A stretch of DNA of 64,000 bases from Dehalococcoidia bacterium (lineage in GTDB: Bacteria > Chloroflexota > Dehalococcoidia > Lucifugimonadales > UBA3495): assembly GCA_963665735.1 (NCBI GenBank), contig OY762444.1, positions 1,068,231-1,132,230 of the forward strand, written 5' to 3'. The translations under genes were made by a program, and so were the position numbers. Every line of letters starts with the position of its first letter. The first letter of the stretch is position 1. Shown piece after piece: positions 53,660 to 62,668 of this stretch. Under the pieces are notes generated by a model. That model worked only from the letters and a program-made list of their open reading frames with translations, had not been told where the DNA came from and ran no database searches.

Positions 53660-54529
53660 GTGAAACCCGACAAACTGACGGAAATCACAATTGAAAACTT
53701 CCGCAGCATCGACCGTCTGGAACTCCGGGACCTGGGAGACATCAACGTCGTCAACACCGGGAACGACGTCGGAAATACCCACGTCCTGGACGCCGTCCAG
53801 CTGTACGCCGGCCGGGGCAGCCCCCAGGTCATCCGGGAGATCCTGCTGCGGGACGACGAGTTCCTGAACGGAACCTACGACGGCCCCGTCCTACCGGACC
53901 GGGACGCCCTGTTCCACGACAGGGACAACGGGGCGGAAATTAGCATCTCCGGCCAGGACTGCCGGCTGGCAATACGGGTCGACGAACAGGACCTGGAACA
54001 GAACACTCTCACCGTCTCAACGCAGGGGCGGAACCGCCGGGTGAGCCTGGAGAACCCGTACGGGTTCCGGTTCCACCCGGGAGGGGAGAGGGATGCAACA
54101 ACCTGCATCCGGGTGGGACCCCGGGAGCCGGACAACGACACCCTGGTTGGACTCTACTACCCCATAGCCCTGACCGACGGGGAGGAACGGGTTGCGGAAT
54201 TCATCACCAGGGTCGCCGGGACATGGGTGGACCGTATCGGCAGCGTCGGGGACCAGGAACGGGCGCGGGTCATGGTGCGAACGCCGGGGAGCCGGACCCC
54301 CGTGCCGCTGCGCAGCCTGGGACCGGAAACGGTGCAGGCGGCCCACGCGGCGATGGCCCTGGAGAACGCCCGGGGAGGCATCCTGCTGCTGGACCAGGCC
54401 CACACGAGAATCCGACCGGAGGCCCGGGAAATAATGTGGCGGAGCATCGCCCTGGGCATCCGGGGCGAGGCGCAGGTATTTACCACCACCGACCCGGACA
54501 AGGTTCACCGGGCGCCGGCAGCAGAGTAG
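53660..54529 (+). CDS. AAA_15/ABC-ATPase-like protein with degenerate Walker A and B motifs (pseudo-ATPase)
   Basis: The N-terminus LTEITIENFRSIDRLELRDLGDINVVNTGNDVGNTHVLDAVQL follows the family pattern, but GK[ST] is replaced by GNT. The Walker B region reads ILLLDQAH (DQ instead of DE). The family's C-terminal TTHS motif reads TTTD. Confidence 0.6.
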   Translation: MKPDKLTEITIENFRSIDRLELRDLGDINVVNTGNDVGNTHVLDAVQLYAGRGSPQVIREILLRDDEFLNGTYDGPVLPDRDALFHDRDNGAEISISGQDCRLAIRVDEQDLEQNTLTVSTQGRNRRVSLENPYGFRFHPGGERDATTCIRVGPREPDNDTLVGLYYPIALTDGEERVAEFITRVAGTWVDRIGSVGDQERARVMVRTPGSRTPVPLRSLGPETVQAAHAAMALENARGGILLLDQAHTRIRPEAREIMWRSIALGIRGEAQVFTTTDPDKVHRAPAAE

Positions 54530-54566
54530 AAAAGAGCGCAGCCGTACGCGGAGAGAGGCAGGAAAG

Positions 54567-54980
54567 ATGACCCTGACCATCCTGGAGAAACGGGGGGCGA
54601 TGAACCCCGGAACGGCGGAAGGGATTCTCTCCGAAATATCCGCCGCCGTGCGCCGCAACCCCGGATCCTGGAACCGCTACTATACGTTCGTCAACCACAA
54701 GGGCAAGGTATTCACCCCCTGGGAAATCCGGTGGCCGGGCTACGCCCGCCGGAACGCCGCCAGCGCCTGCGCCCGGGGCTGGCTCCGGCTGGCCGGGGAG
54801 AAAGCCCCGGAGGAAGAGAGACGCCGGGCCGGGCAGGCCCTGGAACAAGCCATCCCGGCCGAACTCAGGAGGCAGGGAGTGGACGGCTACAACGACTCCC
54901 TGGAAAGCGCGGAAGAATTCACAGCCTGGGTGGAACGGGCCCTGGCCATACTGGAAAACGGAGGAGACAAGCAGGCATGA
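54567..54980 (+). CDS. Paralogue family P member 4
   Basis: Motifs AEGILSEISAAVRRNPGSW, ASACARGW and DGYNDSLESAEEFTAWVERA. Confidence 0.65.
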   Translation: MTLTILEKRGAMNPGTAEGILSEISAAVRRNPGSWNRYYTFVNHKGKVFTPWEIRWPGYARRNAASACARGWLRLAGEKAPEEERRRAGQALEQAIPAELRRQGVDGYNDSLESAEEFTAWVERALAILENGGDKQA

Positions 54981-55405
54981 CCACGCTGATGGAATCAATC
55001 AGGGAAATCAACGCCGGGGAATTCCCCCGGGACGCCCGGGGCATACTGGAAATGGCCGCCGATACCGTGGAAACTCATCCCGACACCTGGACCATCGGGG
55101 AGACCTTCCGCCGTTCCGACGGCAGCCCCATGGCCGCCAACCCCGCCAACGCCCCCTACGAAGAGAGTCACTTCAACGAAGCCGGTTCCGCCTGCGCCGT
55201 GGGATGGATCCAGTTCCTCGGCCACCAGGCCGGCCGGCTGGCCCGGCGCCGGGCGGACCAAGCCCTGCAACAGGCGATACCCCCTCCCTTCCAGGCCCAC
55301 GGAGTGACCGGCTACAACGACCAGCTGGAATACCCGGAACAGTTCGTGCAGTGGGCCCGGAGGACGGTCGCCATGATTGACGCCGAGGCGGAGGAGAAGG
55401 AATGA
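54977..55405 (+). CDS. Paralogue family P member 5
   Basis: ATGA overlap with the upstream stop. Motifs ARGILEMAADTVETHPDTW, GSACAVGW and TGYNDQLEYPEQFVQWARRT. Confidence 0.65.
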   Translation: MTTLMESIREINAGEFPRDARGILEMAADTVETHPDTWTIGETFRRSDGSPMAANPANAPYEESHFNEAGSACAVGWIQFLGHQAGRLARRRADQALQQAIPPPFQAHGVTGYNDQLEYPEQFVQWARRTVAMIDAEAEEKE

Positions 55406-55767
55406 AGGTTGAAGAACTGCAGCAGCTGGCCCAAGCCAACGACCGGGTGAGGGAACTGCTGGAACAAGGCTGGACCCAGGACGTCTTCGCCCGCCGGGAG
55501 GACGGAACCGCCGTCAATCCCAATAGCCCCGAGGCGGTGAGCTTCTGCATCTCCGGCGGAGTGCATCGCGCCGCCCGGGAAATCGTCCCCGAGGAGGACC
55601 TGTCCGACCTCCTCACCTGGCACCTGAAGTACATCGAGGACGCCCTGGGTTCAAGGAACCCGGTCATCTACAACGATGACCCGGAACGGACGCAGGAAGA
55701 CGTCATCGACCTGCTGGACCGGGTGGGACGGCGCATCAGGAAGGACGTGGAGACCGGCAGGAGATGA
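55402..55767 (+). CDS. Paralogue family P member 6 (divergent)
   Basis: ATGA overlap with the upstream stop. Motifs GWTQDVFAR, AVSFCISGG and VIYNDDPERTQEDVIDLLDR. Confidence 0.6.
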   Translation: MKVEELQQLAQANDRVRELLEQGWTQDVFARREDGTAVNPNSPEAVSFCISGGVHRAAREIVPEEDLSDLLTWHLKYIEDALGSRNPVIYNDDPERTQEDVIDLLDRVGRRIRKDVETGRR

Positions 55768-56126
55768 AACGGAAGAATCTCAGCGAAACCCTCGCCCGGC
55801 TGGAGAAACCCGGCAGCCCGGGCCAACTCCTGGAAAGCATGGCCCAAATCTGGGAAAATCACCCCGGCTCCTGGACCACCGGAGTCCCGGCCCGGGACCG
55901 GGACGGGAAGCAGGTTCCATCCAGCAGCGCCAGAGCCGTATCCTTCTGCGCCGAGGGCCTGGCCAAGCGTTTGGAACCGGAATGGGGAACATTCCGGTCC
56001 GCGCTGGCGGCATTGGAGAAAACCCACAACCAGGACGTGGGAGTGACCAACGACGCCCTGGCAAACCAGTACGAAGCGGCCCGGTGGGCCCGGAGCGCCG
56101 CAGCATTCCTACCCAATGGGGAATGA
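55764..56126 (+). CDS. Paralogue family P member 7 (divergent)
   Basis: ATGA overlap with the upstream stop. Motifs LLESMAQIWENHPGSW, AVSFCAEG and GVTNDALANQYEAARWARSA. Confidence 0.6.
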   Translation: MKRKNLSETLARLEKPGSPGQLLESMAQIWENHPGSWTTGVPARDRDGKQVPSSSARAVSFCAEGLAKRLEPEWGTFRSALAALEKTHNQDVGVTNDALANQYEAARWARSAAAFLPNGE

Positions 56127-56130
56127 AGAA

Positions 56131-56841
56131 ATGAAGCCGACCATCAGGGAACTGCTCCACGACGGAGAAGATCTGCCCCAAGACGTGCCCGGCATCCTCC
56201 GGGCCGTCATGGAGACGGTGCAACGGAACCCAGGGGCCTGGAACCGGGACAACTTCTTCCAGGACGCCCGGGGCCTGGCCCTGGAGCTGGCTGACAAAGA
56301 TGCCTGGGCCGAAGCCGCCAGCGGCTGCGCCATGGGCTGGCTGAAACTGGCTGCGCTGAGGAACCCGGACATCCTTCAACCGGTCAACCAGGCGCTCCTG
56401 AACGCCATCCCCGACGAATTCACGCCGCGGTCCATCATCGCCTACAACGACTCGCTGGAGCGGCCGGAACAGTTCGTGGAGTGGGTGCGGCGGGCCTGCT
56501 ATGAGCAGCAGCCCTCCTGCCATCACGCCGGGTGGACCTGTTCGTTGGGGCACCGGAACGAGACCTACCTGTTGATGGAACGGGAAAGTAAGGAGATAAC
56601 CCTGATGGGCGGCTCTGCCTGGGACTTCTGCAACGTCTGCGACGAGCGGCCCGAGCCTTCCGAGGTAGCCCGGATGCGGCGGGAGATCTTCCGCCGGTGG
56701 GGCCAGTTGGGAATAATCGAGCCCGGGGAACAGGTCAGGCTGGAAGAGGAATACGGAAGCGCGGAGTCGGTCCACAGCTGGGAGGAGAGAATGGCATGGG
56801 CGCTGGAGAAAATAACCAATGAAAGGATGGGTGAAGAATGA
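56131..56841 (+). CDS. Paralogue family P member 8 with a C-terminal extension
   Basis: Motifs VPGILRAVMETVQRNPGAW, ASGCAMGW and IAYNDSLERPEQFVEWVRRA, followed by about 100 additional residues. An alternative start exists at 56116. Confidence 0.65.
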   Translation: MKPTIRELLHDGEDLPQDVPGILRAVMETVQRNPGAWNRDNFFQDARGLALELADKDAWAEAASGCAMGWLKLAALRNPDILQPVNQALLNAIPDEFTPRSIIAYNDSLERPEQFVEWVRRACYEQQPSCHHAGWTCSLGHRNETYLLMERESKEITLMGGSAWDFCNVCDERPEPSEVARMRREIFRRWGQLGIIEPGEQVRLEEEYGSAESVHSWEERMAWALEKITNERMGEE

Positions 56842-57152
56842 CCCGGGAAACAGTCTACAACCCCGACCATCCCGTCTGCCCCGGAAACGACGCCGCCGCC
56901 GTAGTGGCGGAAATCCTGACCATCATCGAAGTTGAAGCCGACGAGGCCGGTGAGGAGACTCCCGAACTGGATGAGGAGACCCTGCGCCGGAGGATGCCGG
57001 AACTGGAACGCCTGGTCATGGAGCAGCTGACCGAAAACCCCATGCCCGTCTGCAAGCACCTGGAACACGCCGTGGGCGCCGCCGCCTGGGACGTCTGGCG
57101 AAAGCTGATCCAAGAGGAAAAAGACGCGCTGCGGGAAAAGGAGAAAGAATGA
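56838..57152 (+). CDS. Hypothetical acidic protein
   Basis: ATGA overlap with the upstream stop. 104 aa. Confidence 0.55.
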   Translation: MTRETVYNPDHPVCPGNDAAAVVAEILTIIEVEADEAGEETPELDEETLRRRMPELERLVMEQLTENPMPVCKHLEHAVGAAAWDVWRKLIQEEKDALREKEKE

Positions 57153-57760
57153 GCCAGGAGAAGGAAACCCACGAGTCCTACGGGACCATCTCCTTCACCC
57201 GGGTGAACGGCGCCGGCGATATACCCCTGTTCGGTTCCTCCATCAACCACCAGAACGTCATCATGCTTGAGGTGATGACCGCCGAGCGGACCCGCAACCT
57301 GAGCCGGGACTGGATTCACGGCAACAAGGTGATACTACAGGCCGTCATGTCCCCGGCCCAGTTCGCCGAGGCCATCACCTCCCTGGGGCAGGGGGGCGGG
57401 ACTCCCATCACCCTGGAATTCGTCGCCGGGGACGAGCAACGCCGCCGGCCGCCGCCGGCGCCCCGGGTCAGGGAGCAGTTCGATGCCGAGGTTCACGAGA
57501 GCATGGCCCACAGCATCGAAATCGTGGACGAGCTGATCGAGAAGACCAAGGGCACGGTGCGCCGGCGTCTGGAAATCCTGAGGGGAAGGCTGGAGAGCAA
57601 CCTGCCCTTCGTACAGGAGCAGTTCGCCCGGCAGATGGACCGGACGGTGACCGAGGCCAAGGCCGAGATGGAGGCCTACGCCCTGGCCCGTCACCCGCAG
57701 ATCGCCGTACCCGCCATGACCCGGCAGCCGGAGGCCCTGCCCCCGGCGGAAGAGGACTGA
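57149..57760 (+). CDS. Hypothetical protein
   Basis: ATGA overlap with the upstream stop. 203 aa. Contains YGTISFTRVNG...LFGSSINHQNVIMLEV. Confidence 0.65.
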   Translation: MSQEKETHESYGTISFTRVNGAGDIPLFGSSINHQNVIMLEVMTAERTRNLSRDWIHGNKVILQAVMSPAQFAEAITSLGQGGGTPITLEFVAGDEQRRRPPPAPRVREQFDAEVHESMAHSIEIVDELIEKTKGTVRRRLEILRGRLESNLPFVQEQFARQMDRTVTEAKAEMEAYALARHPQIAVPAMTRQPEALPPAEED

Positions 57761-57793
57761 ACCCCAACCAAAGGGAAAAGGAAGAAAAAAACG

Positions 57794-58195
57794 ATGAACG
57801 ACAACCAGCAACAGATGAAAGCCGTCATTGAATTCGCCCTCAGGGACTGGGACGAGGAACACTGGATCAAGGGACGCACCGCCCGGGCAGTACACCGGGA
57901 GCCCGACGGGCGGACAACCGCCGGCATCCCCGACGACCCAACCAGCCCGGAAGCGGGGTACTTCTCCGTGGTCGGCCGCATCAGCTGGGCCGCCAGCCGC
58001 CTGGACCACCGGGGCCACGTCATGGCCAACGCGGTCGATGAACTCCTGGCCCCGCAACTGGACCCGGAGTTCTTTCCCGACATGACTCCGGGGCAACGGG
58101 TGCAGAAGCACAACGACCTGCCCGGAACCACATTCGAGCAGATTACCGGGATGCTGCAGCTGGCCCAAGACGAACTGGAGGGTTCCATTTCCTGA
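57794..58195 (+). CDS. Paralogue family P member 9 (most divergent)
   Basis: HWIKGRTARA, then YFSVVGRISWA (the Cys is lost), then QKHNDLPGTTFEQITGMLQLA. Confidence 0.5.
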   Translation: MNDNQQQMKAVIEFALRDWDEEHWIKGRTARAVHREPDGRTTAGIPDDPTSPEAGYFSVVGRISWAASRLDHRGHVMANAVDELLAPQLDPEFFPDMTPGQRVQKHNDLPGTTFEQITGMLQLAQDELEGSIS

Positions 58196-58299
58196 ACCAC
58201 GCTTTCACCATGAACCGGGGGCAGCTGTCGTCAAAGCCGGCCGGACAACGGACGGTGTAATCTTCCCGCAACCATCCGCAGAACGGAACCGGCGGCAGC

Positions 58300-58512
58300 A
58301 TGACCACCGAGATACAGTCGGCCGCGGAGTCGCTGCACGAATACCTGAAGGGCCACCCCTGGTTCCAGGCCGTGGGCATCGGCTCAGTTGAACAATCCCC
58401 CGGCCTGCTGGTGTACGTCACCCGGAACAACCACCACACCAGGAGAATAGTCCCCGTCTCCTGGATGGGATTCCCGGTGCGCCCCGAGGCGACCGGGAGG
58501 ATGTCCCCCTGA
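58300..58512 (+). CDS. Hypothetical small protein
   Basis: 70-aa ORF. Confidence 0.45.
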   Translation: MTTEIQSAAESLHEYLKGHPWFQAVGIGSVEQSPGLLVYVTRNNHHTRRIVPVSWMGFPVRPEATGRMSP

Positions 58513-58534
58513 ACCCGCCCGGATAAACCCCCCA

Positions 58535-59305
58535 ATGACAAAAACCGGGGGACGGGCCGCCGGAAGCCCGGGTAAAATCCCCCGGGCCATGAACGAAGTC
58601 CCCCGTTTCCAACCACTGCTCTGTGTTACCTGCGCCCGGGAAATGCTCCGGGAGAGACGGGGCCGGCTGACCACGCTGCAATTCTGCGCGGGAGGGGAAC
58701 ACCGCCTCAGGCCCGACTGCCCGGACCACCCGGGCAACCTCTCCCACTCCCCCAACGGGCGCATCTTCTACTGCTCCCGGGTGACGGGCAAGGACTCCCG
58801 GGGCCGGGCCATAACCTGCAATACCCGGTTCACCGCCGTGACCTACGACGAACGGGGGAACCCCGTTAGGGAGAGAATAATCCCCACCATTCGTCCCCGG
58901 CAGGACCCGATGAACCCAAAGGAGGAGAGAGTGACCGAGTACAAACTGAGCGACGACGCCCGGGAACGGGCATTGGACTGGATGATGAACGGCCAGGTGG
59001 GAAAGTCCTCCCTGGAGATCGTCCGCACCGCCCTGACCGGAGAAACCGGTCAACACCCAAGATACCCCCTGGACCCCGCCGACCTGCGCCTCTGCCTGCT
59101 GCTGCTGGAAAGGGTGCCGGAGGCGGCCTGCGCGATGCCCCTGCTGTCGGAAGCGTCGGAGACCTGGAAAGGACTGGCCAGGGAATGGAAACGGCTGGAG
59201 AGCCTGCTCCGGGAGGAGACCGGAGACATACGAAATCCGAAAGCGTCCAAGGCCCCCAGAACCTACCAGGCCATGCTGAAAATCAGGCACCCCGAGGAGG
59301 AGTAA
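58535..59305 (+). CDS. Hypothetical protein
   Basis: 256-aa ORF. The start is uncertain (alternative at 58589). Confidence 0.6.
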   Translation: MTKTGGRAAGSPGKIPRAMNEVPRFQPLLCVTCAREMLRERRGRLTTLQFCAGGEHRLRPDCPDHPGNLSHSPNGRIFYCSRVTGKDSRGRAITCNTRFTAVTYDERGNPVRERIIPTIRPRQDPMNPKEERVTEYKLSDDARERALDWMMNGQVGKSSLEIVRTALTGETGQHPRYPLDPADLRLCLLLLERVPEAACAMPLLSEASETWKGLAREWKRLESLLREETGDIRNPKASKAPRTYQAMLKIRHPEEE

Positions 59306-59310
59306 AAGCC

Positions 59311-59643
59311 ATGACCACCGGAAACAACGACTTCACCGCCGAGTTCAACGAACTGTGCCAGGGGTTCCAGCCCCAGGGCGAACTGCCCAACTACCCCGTC
59401 AACGTCATCAGCGACCTGGGGAAGTTCACCTTCACCCCTGCCCACTTCCGGCACGTCAACCCGGGAGTGGTGGATATGATTGACGCCAAGCTGTCGGCCT
59501 GGGTGGAGGAAGAACCCGAAATGGAGGACACCCTGACCCCGGAGAAGCTGGCGGAACTGGCCCGGATGTGCGAGAACGCCGCGGAGGAAGCCCTGAACGA
59601 TATGCAGGAGGCGGTGGAGGACGTGCTTCGCCGGGAGACATAA
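59311..59643 (+). CDS. Hypothetical acidic protein
   Basis: Internal ATG after GAGGAGGAG. 110 aa. Confidence 0.55.
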   Translation: MTTGNNDFTAEFNELCQGFQPQGELPNYPVNVISDLGKFTFTPAHFRHVNPGVVDMIDAKLSAWVEEEPEMEDTLTPEKLAELARMCENAAEEALNDMQEAVEDVLRRET

Positions 59644-59713
59644 AACCCCACCGGGAAGGCACCGGTCGGAAGTGGTAGAATACCGGGAAGACCGGAACAG
59701 GGGAGAAAAGACC

Positions 59714-60394
59714 ATGACCGTACGGGAAGAAGTCCGGGAAATGACCCTGAACGCCGGGTATTTGGTCCTGGAAGAAAGCACGGGCAGAAAACTGTCCCCC
59801 GGCGAGAAAAGACTCCTGGAACGGCAACTCGACGCAAGAATCCCGGAATACACCGGGACTTATCCAGTCCGGTACATCCTCGACCGGATGGAGTCCCTGG
59901 CCGGAGTGGCGCACATAAACGGGAACCGGGAATTCCCGGGATGGGAATATCCCGTCACCGAACAATACCGCCGGGCCATCCTGGAAAGCGCGGAGAATAC
60001 CAGGATAAAGTACTTCGGCATGGCCGATGATTCCTTCAAAGCCGGAGACGTCCAGCAGGCCACGGAACAACTGAACCGGGCCGTCACCTGCTCCATAACG
60101 GCCATCGGAGCGTCCTTAGGCTGGCCCCACGGAGACCCGGAGAACGACGTAAGGGTCATGGCCGGAATCGCCTGCGGCAAATTCCCGGCGGAAGGGGAAA
60201 GCATCTACCGGATGCTGGATTCCGCTCCGGAGAGAGGGCAGGACCTGAACAGCGCCTTTGCCGCCGCCACCGGCCAGCCCGAGGCCGTCCGGACCGGCGC
60301 CTACCTGGAATCTGGAAGAACGTCGGAGGAAGCCACCATGTTCGCCCGGATGGCCGTGGAACTCGCCGATGAGCTGGGACGGGAACTTCGATGA
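59714..60394 (+). CDS. Hypothetical protein, C-terminal HEPN/PaREP1-like helix pair (tentative)
   Basis: Internal ATG. The segment DDSFKAGDVQQATEQLNRAVTCSITAIGASLGWPHGD resembles HEPN-superfamily helices. Confidence 0.55.
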   Translation: MTVREEVREMTLNAGYLVLEESTGRKLSPGEKRLLERQLDARIPEYTGTYPVRYILDRMESLAGVAHINGNREFPGWEYPVTEQYRRAILESAENTRIKYFGMADDSFKAGDVQQATEQLNRAVTCSITAIGASLGWPHGDPENDVRVMAGIACGKFPAEGESIYRMLDSAPERGQDLNSAFAAATGQPEAVRTGAYLESGRTSEEATMFARMAVELADELGRELR

Positions 60395-60477
60395 AGAAGC
60401 CAGATTGACCCCTACCGTAAACGTCGAAGCGACGGCAGACGACAATGAGGACATCCAATGGAAGAAGGAAATAACGA

Positions 60478-61548
60478 ATGACAGACACATTCCTATTGGG
60501 CGCAGGCTTCTCCAAAGCAGTGTGTAGCGCCATGCCAACCATGAAAGAGTTGTACGACCTCCTAGGCGCCTCCTTGAACAACCCAGACGGCCCAACCAGG
60601 GAAGCTTACGAGTACGCCTCCGGCAATACGGAGACGCTGCTCTCCTATTACGCAATTCCCAGTCCCCAAGATGACCGAATTCAACTGTTAAAGAAGAAAC
60701 AAGTTACGGCTTACTTGGAAAACAAGATAGGACAGATAATAAGTGACAAGGAGGAGGAGGGGGCAAAGCTGGGATTGAACCCTCTGGCGGGACGGCTATT
60801 GTCAAAGTGGCACGATGAGAAAACCCATGTGCTAACTACCAATTACGACACTCTCATCGAGAGAATAGCAGACCAAGGAATATACTCAGCACTAGGGGGC
60901 AAGAAGGAACAGTTACATTACCAGATTATTTATCCCATACCCATAAGCACTGCCCAATCCAGATACGGAACAGCTGTACTAGGCCCAACGCGCCACGAAA
61001 CTTTCACAATATACAAACTGCACGGATCAACCACATGGTTCAAGTCAGACACGGAGGTTACCTTCGACCCCATCTATGGAGTCTCATACGACAGCACTAC
61101 TAACGTCGAAGAGAACCAACTAGTCGTCGATAAAAGAAGATTTATAGTACCTCCCGTCTATGATAAATCATCTCTGCTCAGCCACGACACCATAAGGAGT
61201 TTATGGCGATTGGCGAGAGATACCGCAATACGACCCGCTAACCGAATATACGTTATCGGCTATTCACTGCCCGAAACGGACACAGCCATGCACACCCTCC
61301 TGTGGGAAGGAAGTCAATCTAACGGCGGGGAGAAAGAAATCTACGTTGTGGATCTAAACCCTGAAACCGCCAAGAGATACAGACAGACCCTAGGGAAATA
61401 CTACCAAGTCAATGAAAAATACACTGGTGGAGACGACCCCTTCGGCAGATTCATAGAAGAGTACGTGGGAGAGGAATACGAAGAAATCGAAGCAACTGAG
61501 CAAAACAAAAAATCAGGAGCAATGCTGGTTCCTTTACCCAAGGCATAG
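60478..61548 (+). CDS. SIR2-like (SIR2_2 family) protein
   Basis: 356 aa. Motifs FLLGAGFSKAV...MPTMKEL, YKLHGSTTWF and YVIGYSLPETD. Visibly lower GC than flanking DNA. Confidence 0.8.
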   Translation: MTDTFLLGAGFSKAVCSAMPTMKELYDLLGASLNNPDGPTREAYEYASGNTETLLSYYAIPSPQDDRIQLLKKKQVTAYLENKIGQIISDKEEEGAKLGLNPLAGRLLSKWHDEKTHVLTTNYDTLIERIADQGIYSALGGKKEQLHYQIIYPIPISTAQSRYGTAVLGPTRHETFTIYKLHGSTTWFKSDTEVTFDPIYGVSYDSTTNVEENQLVVDKRRFIVPPVYDKSSLLSHDTIRSLWRLARDTAIRPANRIYVIGYSLPETDTAMHTLLWEGSQSNGGEKEIYVVDLNPETAKRYRQTLGKYYQVNEKYTGGDDPFGRFIEEYVGEEYEEIEATEQNKKSGAMLVPLPKA

Positions 61549-61845
61549 GCATGAACGGAATTTATCAACCGCAATTGTCTACCACTGAAACCAAATAGCA
61601 CAGAACAGGAGATGGGCGTAGTAGCCCCCGGTCATCTCCGAATACTAACGATGAGCTGAGAAACTCGAGTCCGATTGGACTTTGCTCGATGGTGACCTCC
61701 CAGTTGGAAAGGTTACCAACCCGTTGCCTTGAAACCAACAAATAGAAACACCAAGGACACCTAGGCTACTCCCAGGTGACTTGGAACATGGCCAGCCGGT
61801 AGAACGACCCTATGTGGCGATCCGACGTGGCCGCTGAGAAGAAAA

Positions 61846-61854
61846 TGGTAGAAT
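61846..61854 (+). promoter_or_regulatory. Candidate extended -10 element (TGgTAGAAT)
   Basis: TGGTAGAAT overlaps the first ATG of the TPR ORF. If it is functional, the true start would be the Met at 61886. Confidence 0.25.
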
Positions 61855-62668
61855 GACAGTCAACTTGGAACAGGAAAGAGACACCATGCAACCAGTTCAT
61901 GCGGACTACAAGTACCGGCGTTTTCCGAAAGTGGCAGATACCAATTACCTGCAACTGCCGGGAGACCTGGCCGAATTCCTGAAAGAGGCGCGACTCAGGG
62001 AGAAAAGGCGACTTGAACAGGAAGAACGGGAGCAGATGCTCCTGAGACTGGCCAGAGCCGAGCGATGCCTCCGGCCAACGGAATACCAGGATTGGAGAGA
62101 GTACCGGGTCACCGCAGACGGAACCGCTCTACGCCGGAACGACGCCGGGATGAGATGCCTCGAATCCGGGAACCTCACCAGGGCCTTCAGAAATTTCAGG
62201 GAAGCCATTGACCGGGACCCGGAACTGGGATTGGCCCACAACAACATCGGGTTGCTCTACCTGGAAATTGGAGAACATGAGAAAGCATTGGAGCACTTCG
62301 ACGAAGCCATCCTATTGGATAAAGGGTTGGACGTTGCTTACGGCAACCGGGGACTGGTTCTTATCGAACTGGGCGAGTACGAGGACGCCTACGGCAACCT
62401 TGAAGAAGCCCTGTCCATGGACCCGGAAGACCCAATGCACCACAACAACTTGGGGGTGCTTTTCCTGGAAATAGGGGAACCGGAAATCGCCATGACCCTT
62501 TTCAACCAGGCCATAGAAATCGAGCCCGACAGACCGCTTTACCACGCCAATCTGGGCATCGCGTACAAAGAAATGGACGACTGGGAAACTGCCAACCGGG
62601 AATTCGAAGAAGCTGCGGAACTCAGTAAAAGGGAGTTCGCCGAAAGCATGGACCGGATAGCCGCATGA
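61853..62668 (+). CDS. TPR repeat protein
   Basis: 271 aa with at least five TPR-like 34-aa units (for example AHNNIGLLYLEIGEHEKALEHFDEAILLD). Alternative start at 61886. Confidence 0.8.
   Translation: MTVNLEQERDTMQPVHADYKYRRFPKVADTNYLQLPGDLAEFLKEARLREKRRLEQEEREQMLLRLARAERCLRPTEYQDWREYRVTADGTALRRNDAGMRCLESGNLTRAFRNFREAIDRDPELGLAHNNIGLLYLEIGEHEKALEHFDEAILLDKGLDVAYGNRGLVLIELGEYEDAYGNLEEALSMDPEDPMHHNNLGVLFLEIGEPEIAMTLFNQAIEIEPDRPLYHANLGIAYKEMDDWETANREFEEAAELSKREFAESMDRIAA

Noticed and set aside
22536-60394. Calling the long gene train a prophage.
   Set aside because: No integrase, terminase, portal, capsid, tail or lysis genes were recognised by eye, and no att repeats were found. The architecture alone is not sufficient.
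26653-61548. A Thoeris system, since both a TIR protein and a SIR2 protein are present in the window.
   Set aside because: The two genes are more than 30 kb apart in separate compositional islets. The SIR2 protein lacks a SLOG domain, and the TIR protein is fused to its own NTPase.
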